A stretch of DNA of 64,000 nt from positions 1-64,000 of IMG/VR virus record IMGVR_UViG_3300032138_000680. One strand, written 5' to 3'. The notes under the pieces are model-generated. The model ran no database searches, was not told the origin of the DNA, and saw only the letters and a program-made list of their open reading frames with translations. Within the stretch, counting starts at the first letter, position 1, and each line of letters begins with the position of its first letter. Shown one piece after another: positions 51,107 through 58,724 of this stretch. Position numbers and translations under genes: made by a program. The DNA comes from a virus (lineage: Duplodnaviria > Caudoviricetes).

Positions 51107-51484
51107 TTACTTATAATCCTCATAAGATTTTTCTTCGATTAATTTAGATCCAGTATTAATATTAATTTCTTTTTTAATTGTAGACCTTAAATCGTTTGTA
51201 TAATAAACTTGTCGTGCCAATTCAATAAATTCACCATTAAATTTTTTCTGTGATTCTAACTTTCTTAATCTATCTTCGATGTCCCACAACTTTAAATTCA
51301 TCTTTTTTAATTTTTTAAAAAGTACATCTTTTATATTAATACCAATCTTATCAAGATTTGGTAGCAATAAATTTAATTCCTTTTCTATATTATTTATCTT
51401 TTTTTCATCTTTAATTTTTTCTAATTTTATAATAAGAATAGAAACTTTATCTACTAACTCTCCATCTGATATCTCAATTTTCAT
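51107..51484 (-). CDS. DUF6165-like protein
   Basis: EISDGELVDKVSIL.IK...LWDIED...ELARQVYYTND.R...EEKSY. Confidence 0.75.
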   Translation of the reverse strand: MKIEISDGELVDKVSILIIKLEKIKDEKKINNIEKELNLLLPNLDKIGINIKDVLFKKLKKMNLKLWDIEDRLRKLESQKKFNGEFIELARQVYYTNDLRSTIKKEININTGSKLIEEKSYEDYK

Positions 51485-51485
51485 C

Positions 51486-52487
51486 TTAATGTCCTGTTTT
51501 TTCTTTCCAAAATCTAATAAAATTATCTACTGTTTTATCATCTTCTTTTTCCATTTCCTTCAAGTGGTCGGGAACTAAATCAATAGTTCTATTTGCCCAT
51601 TCTATATCTTCAATACCAAAAGCACAACCATATTTTCTATGTGGATGTTTTAATCTATATTCTTCTGGAGTCAGTTTTTTCCACTCGTCATCATCAACTG
51701 GCCAAGAATCATCATCGGTGTTTAAAATAATCGTTTTACACCCACAAAGGCCAGGTAAATAAGTCATAGCTGTATGTTTATCAAAGGTTATTAAATATTC
51801 GTATTCATTTAATATTTCTCGTAAATAATCAATACCACCAGACCACTTCCAATCATATATGTTATCTGAATCAAACGATTTTATTATAGAATCATAATTT
51901 TCAGGAGTATACTTGTGTGGAAAATGACAAAAACCTTTTCTTCTACCATTATTTGTTTTATATAACTCATCAAAAGAATAATGTATTGCCTTTAAAGGTA
52001 TTGTTTCCTTCTTTGTTTTCCAAGTACTATAAGAAAAGAAAACATCTTCCGTTTTAGTATTCTTCCAATTAGAATGATCATAGTCATCAGTTAACATCCA
52101 AATTGCATTATAATCTGTATTAAAATGATTATTTGGCTGATTATTACTATAAACTGATACAGTAGAATCAAGTGGAAACTGCATCATCTCTGGTAGAAAC
52201 CAAGTCATTCCTTTACCATCCCCAGAATTCATATGTAACATTGATTTAAATGATATTATATTCTCATGATACCACATAGGTTCACAAAACATAACAACTC
52301 TATGATTTCTTTCTGCCAGTTTATATGCTAACTTATGCATTGCAATATCACCACCACCATGTCTATACATTTTTGCAAAAGTTTCTTCCTTTAAAGTTTT
52401 CATCCAAGGTTCATATCTAAACTTTCTGGTAGGAACTCTATGTTGATCTATCAAAAAAGTAAGTCTATCTTCTTTATGTAATATCAT
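51486..52487 (-). CDS. WavQ-like putative glycosyltransferase (paralog of 49261..50211)
   Basis: C-terminal half nearly identical to that of 49261..50211. Confidence 0.5.
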   Translation of the reverse strand: MILHKEDRLTFLIDQHRVPTRKFRYEPWMKTLKEETFAKMYRHGGGDIAMHKLAYKLAERNHRVVMFCEPMWYHENIISFKSMLHMNSGDGKGMTWFLPEMMQFPLDSTVSVYSNNQPNNHFNTDYNAIWMLTDDYDHSNWKNTKTEDVFFSYSTWKTKKETIPLKAIHYSFDELYKTNNGRRKGFCHFPHKYTPENYDSIIKSFDSDNIYDWKWSGGIDYLREILNEYEYLITFDKHTAMTYLPGLCGCKTIILNTDDDSWPVDDDEWKKLTPEEYRLKHPHRKYGCAFGIEDIEWANRTIDLVPDHLKEMEKEDDKTVDNFIRFWKEKTGH

Positions 52488-54807
52488 TTTGTATTATCCT
52501 ATTAAGTCCACCAATAACTTGTTCATATGTTATTGGTTCAAAATCATACCAATCTTCCATAGTTTTACATTCTTTATATGGATTCCAATTCCAATTTCCA
52601 GTATCTAATCTAACTTCTATATCATTGAACGAACCAGACCAATCACTATCATCGGCATGCACCCTAACACAATTTGATTGAAATTCAGCAAATGATTTTG
52701 ACCATGAAGAAACTAAAAGAACTGGAGTACCAACACTCCATGATATCCACGATAATCCAGAACTCACTCCAATATGAAAATCTGCATAACTTAATAAATT
52801 TATTGCCTCTTCTATTGAACAAGAAGTCTTATCAATTACACCATTTGGAATAGTATTCCAACATTCCCCATTACCAAATGTTTTATGCATATCAATACAA
52901 ACAACTTTATAACCTTTCTCATTTAAATAATCAACTGTCTTTTGCCAGCCATCTTTACAGTTCCAATATTTAATTTGTGTTGTGGCCTGTATTGCTATAC
53001 AAACATATTTTTGATTATCTAATTCAGAAACTATATCACGAGAATACCCATATCCTAATTTAATTTTCGGTCTAATTTCTTTATAGTCTAATCCAAGAAT
53101 ATCTGAAGCTGCTTGTTGTAATGGTACTGTTCTGACATCATTTGGATTTTGTGATCCTTCATAAAACCACCCAATTTTATATGAAGAAATTCCACTCGAA
53201 ATAGTAAATTTAGAACCAGGTTCTATAAATTCAATATCAGGATATTGTTCCTTAAATAACTTATTCCAAAATGTAGTACAAACAACTTCACAATTATGTT
53301 TCTTTCTAAATTCTTCAACATAGGGTATCCATGCCAATGTATCACCTAAAGCTTTACTATCAAACTGAATATAAACTTTTTTATCTTTCAAATCTAATCT
53401 ATACTCATAAACTACTTCACCACCAGCTGAAACTTTAACTATCCAATTTACATAATAGTTAATGAAACACTTTGTCCAATGACCAGATTCTATAGTATTT
53501 GAATATAAAAGTTTGTTGGTATCTCCGTCAATAAAATCAACTTTATAATCTACATCTCGGCCGTGAATAGTCACCTTTACTCCATCACTAAAATCAACAA
53601 AAAAAGAATCTTCTCTTTCTCTAATATATTCTACTTTTTCAATTTCCTTTAAAATTTCATATCCCTTTTCTGCTGCATTTTCCCAATTAAAATTTCTTCT
53701 TATTACTTCAGATTCTATTAAAGAATTTATTCTATAATCTTTATAATTTTCATAAACGTCCCCCATAACTTTAGATAAATCATTATAATCAGGTTCACAA
53801 TAATTTCCATCATAATAACCTTCACCATCATTAAAAGTAACTCCTTCGCCCAAACTATAAGGTCTTTCTTCAATCACCTTTACAGGATGACCTAATCCAT
53901 TTGCAAATTCTAATTGACCGCCCCAATCTGAATAAATAGATGGAATCCCACATGCCATTGCTTCTATCAAAGGTAAATTCCAACCTTCACTTCTTGCACA
54001 AGATAAAAAGACATGACCAGTTTTCATATATTTAATATAATCTTCCCTTGAAACAAAACTCTTTATTTTAATTCTATCATCTTCAAAACCATAATGTTTT
54101 AATCTTTCATCTGTACTACCCATCCCATCTACTGAAAAAGGATTATCAATAGATGCAATTAAATCAACTGGTTCATCCTTATCAAATGTTTTTAAAAATG
54201 TTTCAATAATTTCAGTTGTAGATTTTCTATAATCCCACCTACCAAACAACAGAAATTTAAATCTACCATCATTATAGTCATCTAATAAATCCACCTTTTC
54301 AGGATAAAATATATCTTTATGAACTCCTTCTGGTACAACTTTAACTCTTTCAGATGGATATCCTTGTTCTATAACACATTCTTTTTGCCAAGTAGAAGGC
54401 ACCCACAACTGGTCAAAGGTTAATAAATTGTTAAATTGGTCAGCTGGAAACCTTGTACTTTCCCAAACCACATATGCTATTTTATATCCATTATATTGAT
54501 GATACATATAATAATGATTGGACTCAACCAAAACAATATTAACATCTGGAATAAAATTTTCATCATATGAATATATTGGAAAATCTTTTAATTCTTCATT
54601 TTCCCATAAACTTTGCTCTACCAACATATTTTTATGTTGTTCAGTCAGGTATGGTTCTTTATCATGATTCTGACCATCCCAATTTTCACCAGTAGTAAAA
54701 TTTCTTACCTTTATTGGAATTAATTTATCTAAATGAGTAAAAAAGTTTCTTGAATGACTATTATAACCAGTATTTCCTATTAAGCTTGTGTGTGCTTTTA
54801 TTTTCAT
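52474..54807 (-). CDS. GT4 fused to autotransporter O-heptosyltransferase (TibC/Aah)-like domain
   Basis: GRWDYRKS...RSEGWNLPLIEAMACG (GT4); then DFSDGVKV...SKALGDTLAW...PLQQAASDILGL...KYWN...IGVSSGLSW. Confidence 0.85.
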   Translation of the reverse strand: MKIKAHTSLIGNTGYNSHSRNFFTHLDKLIPIKVRNFTTGENWDGQNHDKEPYLTEQHKNMLVEQSLWENEELKDFPIYSYDENFIPDVNIVLVESNHYYMYHQYNGYKIAYVVWESTRFPADQFNNLLTFDQLWVPSTWQKECVIEQGYPSERVKVVPEGVHKDIFYPEKVDLLDDYNDGRFKFLLFGRWDYRKSTTEIIETFLKTFDKDEPVDLIASIDNPFSVDGMGSTDERLKHYGFEDDRIKIKSFVSREDYIKYMKTGHVFLSCARSEGWNLPLIEAMACGIPSIYSDWGGQLEFANGLGHPVKVIEERPYSLGEGVTFNDGEGYYDGNYCEPDYNDLSKVMGDVYENYKDYRINSLIESEVIRRNFNWENAAEKGYEILKEIEKVEYIREREDSFFVDFSDGVKVTIHGRDVDYKVDFIDGDTNKLLYSNTIESGHWTKCFINYYVNWIVKVSAGGEVVYEYRLDLKDKKVYIQFDSKALGDTLAWIPYVEEFRKKHNCEVVCTTFWNKLFKEQYPDIEFIEPGSKFTISSGISSYKIGWFYEGSQNPNDVRTVPLQQAASDILGLDYKEIRPKIKLGYGYSRDIVSELDNQKYVCIAIQATTQIKYWNCKDGWQKTVDYLNEKGYKVVCIDMHKTFGNGECWNTIPNGVIDKTSCSIEEAINLLSYADFHIGVSSGLSWISWSVGTPVLLVSSWSKSFAEFQSNCVRVHADDSDWSGSFNDIEVRLDTGNWNWNPYKECKTMEDWYDFEPITYEQVIGGLNRIIQNDIT

Positions 54808-54830
54808 TTATAACTTATATTTCTCCTTTA

Positions 54831-54840
54831 ATAAATAGAT
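54831..54840 (-). promoter_or_regulatory. TATTTAT promoter-like motif
   Basis: ATCTATTTAT followed by TAAAGGAG upstream of the 54807 start. Confidence 0.5.
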
Positions 54841-54870
54841 ATTGTTTTTTCTAAAAGTTAATAAAAATTG

Positions 54871-55719
54871 TTACTTTCCATTCACAGAATAATAATTATC
54901 TGATACTGTATTAGGTCGTTGATCTATTATCGTATTTTTTACTGCAAAAACATTCATATTCTCAAATTGATAATTTACCCACAAATCAATTGGCCCGTAT
55001 GCTGGTAACTTTTCTAACAATTTTTTTGCACCTTCATAAGTTAAAACATATCCAGAAAGCCACCATAAACCCATCTTCACAGACAATAAATCCTTAGAGT
55101 ATTCTTCATATTGAAAATCTGGAAAATCTTCTTGTATTTTAAACCAACTATCAAACATTTCCCTGTCATTTGGAAGATAAGATAAATACAACATATCAAA
55201 ATCATGTGGAAGTTGGTGAAAAGTTTCTGATATTTTTTTTAAAAAATCAAAATTAAAATATACATCATCCTCTAATATTAATGTAGTCTGTATTTTATTA
55301 TCAACAATATGTTTCCATACATTTATATGAGATAACGCAATTCCATGTTCTTCATCAGATGAGCGTATGGTATCATCTATTAAATAATTATATTCATATA
55401 TATGATTATCTTCTGAAGAATTGTGTACATTCTTACCATCTACCGCATCCATAAATTTAGTTTTTGCCCATAATGTTTTTCTATTTAAACGTAAACGACT
55501 AAGCTCTCTTTTTATTTGTCTAAATCTATCATATCGATGTCGCATATGAATCACAATAACTGAATTTATTAAATTTTCAAATCGTATCACAAATTTTCTT
55601 TCAAATAATCTGGAAAATTTTGTAAGAAAAAATCTACCCCACACTTTTAATATAAACCTAATGTCTTTCACATTGATGGTCCATTTGTGTGGAATATAAT
55701 CAATAAAAAATGGATGCAT
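54871..55719 (-). CDS. GT25-family glycosyltransferase
   Basis: DAVDG, GIALSHINVW, LILEDD, DMLYL, GYVLTYEGAKKLL, PID. The likely start is ATG 55719. Confidence 0.85.
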   Translation of the reverse strand: MHPFFIDYIPHKWTINVKDIRFILKVWGRFFLTKFSRLFERKFVIRFENLINSVIVIHMRHRYDRFRQIKRELSRLRLNRKTLWAKTKFMDAVDGKNVHNSSEDNHIYEYNYLIDDTIRSSDEEHGIALSHINVWKHIVDNKIQTTLILEDDVYFNFDFLKKISETFHQLPHDFDMLYLSYLPNDREMFDSWFKIQEDFPDFQYEEYSKDLLSVKMGLWWLSGYVLTYEGAKKLLEKLPAYGPIDLWVNYQFENMNVFAVKNTIIDQRPNTVSDNYYSVNGK

Positions 55720-55720
55720 A

Positions 55721-56413
55721 TTATTCTCCCAACCAACTATCTTTAGTCCAATTACTGGCAATAGTATGATAACAAAAACCACCTTCAGTATGAACTAAGC
55801 TAAGATTCTCATCTAACAAATATAAATGTTTAAATTTTTCTGGATGTGCCAAATAATAATCCGTTAATGCCCAAACACTCCAAGAATCAAGAGTAATAAG
55901 ATTTGTTCTATTTTCAGATATGATCCAGTCCACAAAACTCAAACATAACTCATGTCCCTTTTCAATATAGAAAAAACAATCTTCAATTAAAAAATCATAT
56001 TTTTTAATCCGTGGCCACATTCTTTTTCCCCTTCCTTCTAAATAATGATTTCTATATATTGTATGACTTGGAAACATTAATTTTTTTCGAATAAAAACGT
56101 CAACTGGTCTCAAACAAACCAAATCTCTATCAATATTAAATCCACCATGTTCGTGAAAAACAAAATGTTTTGAAAAATCCATTAACTTACAATACTTGTG
56201 AAGCTCACCAGTATCTTCTTGGTTTATTGATTCCCAATATTTAAAATATTTTGGATACCCTCTCATCAATTGTTCTAAAGAATCAAAATCCCAATAAAAA
56301 TACTCGAAATCTGGATGTTTTTCTATCCAATTAAATTGATTTTCATATAATTTTGGATAGGTTTTCTTTAAATGCTCCTCGCCCTGTAACCACATAAAAT
56401 GTAACTTCTTCAT
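55721..56413 (-). CDS. GT32/OCH1-like DxD glycosyltransferase
   Basis: LHFMWLQG, HPDFEYFYW, HGGFNIDRD, H...W. Confidence 0.75.
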   Translation of the reverse strand: MKKLHFMWLQGEEHLKKTYPKLYENQFNWIEKHPDFEYFYWDFDSLEQLMRGYPKYFKYWESINQEDTGELHKYCKLMDFSKHFVFHEHGGFNIDRDLVCLRPVDVFIRKKLMFPSHTIYRNHYLEGRGKRMWPRIKKYDFLIEDCFFYIEKGHELCLSFVDWIISENRTNLITLDSWSVWALTDYYLAHPEKFKHLYLLDENLSLVHTEGGFCYHTIASNWTKDSWLGE

Positions 56414-57933
56414 TAAAACTCCAATACTGCTAAACCTCTACAATTAAAAAAATAATGGTCATGATAATAATCCACTCCATCTAATAAAATTTTATATCCA
56501 GTAAAACTACCACTATCAATAGAAAAACTTCCATTTTCCATATCACAAGATATAAGATGAGAACTGCCCGTAATATCTGGTAAATAGGCAGACAAGGACG
56601 AAGTAAGTTCATATCCCTGATGAAATCTCCATCCATCTTCACTTTCTAATTTTGAAAATATATACTTATCAAACGTTGTACCAACCTTTCCATTTAAAAT
56701 TTGTTTATTAGAAAAAGTACTTGGAATTATATTCTTAACTGTTTGTATTGATTCAGAAAAAGACAAATCTGTTATAACATCATTTTGTTCATAAAAAAGA
56801 CTCGATGAACTCGGCTTATCTCTATCATCATAAATAATATCTGTAACATTTAATCTGTCATAATTTCCGAGTTGATATGTCTTTATTTTATCTCCTGGTA
56901 CTAAACTTTCAACGTTCTTATCTGTATCATCGCTTAAAATAATTTTTGTACCAGACATTAATCCACTGTGAATTGGTTCTTTAAAACTCTGTTCTAAAAT
57001 ATAAGAATAATTAATTATCTCGTCCCTAACTAATTTACTACCAACTTCATAAGTAACTGAAGAGCTAATAGGAACAGAACTCTGTTTAGCAATCGGCTGA
57101 TGCCGTTGGAAATTATTTTCATCCAAATAATTCGTAATATCATAAAAATGATCTGTTCCCCATATTGCGTGAGATGTCATATTTACATTACAACTGTTAT
57201 AAATATCAGATGGTACATATCTCTCAGCATAATAAGAACTTGGTGTATGCATACTACCAGTTATTTCATCTAAATCAAAAAAATACATATCTAACGTATT
57301 ATCAAGTATAGGATTCTTAATAACAACGTCAGGTACTCCAATAGCATTTGTAGTTAATTCATCAAATGATTTAATTTTTGCTGGAAATAATGCCATACTA
57401 CAAGATTGAAAAATATATTTAAATGTTTCTTTATTATGACAAATTGATTCTACTATATTCTTATTGCGATTCTTTACCCCAAAAGATAATAAATATTCTT
57501 TATCTGAAGTAGTTTCATAATAATTTTTCGTATTCCAAGTTCTATATTCAACTGACATACTTATATTATTATTGGATAGACTGGAAGATATTGAATAAAT
57601 TATAGACTCATAATTGTTTGATTCATCCCATGTAAGTAATTTTACTGTATTATAACTTCCACTTATACCATTAGAAAATTTATTAAAGTCTAAATAAGGA
57701 GTTAGATCAGAACATACTCCTGGTGGACAATTTCCTTCTAAAAGATATAAACTTCCACTCTGTGGAATAAAATCAAATCTGACAAGGGCTCCAAAATTAG
57801 ATGGAGAGTCTACCACTGTCCTAACTATATAATCATCAATCAATTCTCGGGCTGTTGATCCTGTCAAATAAGAACATATTGATGTTGTTGTAGTTTCTAA
57901 ACTTGATGTGTAATTAGAATATACAAACTCCAT
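56413..57933 (-). CDS. Ser-rich protein: possible permuted ATP-grasp-like region plus degenerate Hint domain
   Basis: RFDF...LLEGN precedes VVIKNP and YAERYV. The C-terminal GLMSGTKIILSDDTDKNVESLVPGDKI resembles Hint block A. Confidence 0.5.
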   Translation of the reverse strand: MEFVYSNYTSSLETTTTSICSYLTGSTARELIDDYIVRTVVDSPSNFGALVRFDFIPQSGSLYLLEGNCPPGVCSDLTPYLDFNKFSNGISGSYNTVKLLTWDESNNYESIIYSISSSLSNNNISMSVEYRTWNTKNYYETTSDKEYLLSFGVKNRNKNIVESICHNKETFKYIFQSCSMALFPAKIKSFDELTTNAIGVPDVVIKNPILDNTLDMYFFDLDEITGSMHTPSSYYAERYVPSDIYNSCNVNMTSHAIWGTDHFYDITNYLDENNFQRHQPIAKQSSVPISSSVTYEVGSKLVRDEIINYSYILEQSFKEPIHSGLMSGTKIILSDDTDKNVESLVPGDKIKTYQLGNYDRLNVTDIIYDDRDKPSSSSLFYEQNDVITDLSFSESIQTVKNIIPSTFSNKQILNGKVGTTFDKYIFSKLESEDGWRFHQGYELTSSLSAYLPDITGSSHLISCDMENGSFSIDSGSFTGYKILLDGVDYYHDHYFFNCRGLAVLEF

Positions 57934-57935
57934 TT

Positions 57936-58724
57936 TTAACCGCCTCCACCACCTTCGTCATCGTCATATTCATACCACTCATTAAATGCATGTGGTTCAT
58001 CAGTATCAGGCCCATCAGTTGAATTTGTATTAAAAGCGGGTACAGTATGTCCTGATCCACCAGCGAGGCCTCCATCAATATTATCTAACATTGTATATGG
58101 GCCCGAATAACTGGTCGCGGAGGGAGCTTCTTCTACTTGCGCCCCATCCCAGTAAATTATTTCATCATCAGCTGATGGTGGCCCTCCAAATCTTACTTGA
58201 AAATTTTCAGTATCTACATGATTTGCCTTTCTTGTTGCCTCAAATCTTTGCCAAGATGTAGTTACAGAAATATAATCCACTCCATAGTTACCAGATAAAA
58301 TTGTACCATCTGATTCTGCAAAAAATGTCCATAAGGTACAGGTACAGGCTTTACTTGCCTTTGCCCAAGTACTAAAAGTCCATGTTTCACCATTGTTTGC
58401 ATCCCAGTTAAAACTCCCAGCGCTTGTATTATATGTATATGTATATGCATCATTACCACCTGAACCAGCGTCCAATCTCATTTCTAATGGAGTACCTACT
58501 GAATCTTCTGGAAAAGTAACAGGAGAAGTCAAGGTAGTATTTTGAGATAATGTACATCTTGCACCATTTGTATTTCCTCCGGCAGTAAGCCAGGCCCATA
58601 AATTATAAGGATGTGAAAGTTGATTTACATCTCTTGGTACTAAATAGGCTGTGTCATAATCATCGAAGGCCCTTTCTTTAGTAATTCCTATTAAATGTAC
58701 TGTTCCGCTACTTGGAACTGCCAT
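57936..58724 (-). CDS. Putative tail/virion accessory protein with carbohydrate-binding-like domain
   Basis: Directly follows the tail fibre; GETWTFSTWAK...VTTSWQRF...WDGAQVEE...TSY; AGGAG SD. Confidence 0.65.
   Translation of the reverse strand: MAVPSSGTVHLIGITKERAFDDYDTAYLVPRDVNQLSHPYNLWAWLTAGGNTNGARCTLSQNTTLTSPVTFPEDSVGTPLEMRLDAGSGGNDAYTYTYNTSAGSFNWDANNGETWTFSTWAKASKACTCTLWTFFAESDGTILSGNYGVDYISVTTSWQRFEATRKANHVDTENFQVRFGGPPSADDEIIYWDGAQVEEAPSATSYSGPYTMLDNIDGGLAGGSGHTVPAFNTNSTDGPDTDEPHAFNEWYEYDDDEGGGGG

Noticed and set aside
1-56413. Ordinary bacterial O-antigen or capsule locus
   Set aside because: No flippase, polymerase, chain-length regulator, ABC exporter or initiating phosphoglycosyltransferase; the cluster is contiguous with phage tail genes. 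A prophage or island origin cannot be fully excluded from this window.
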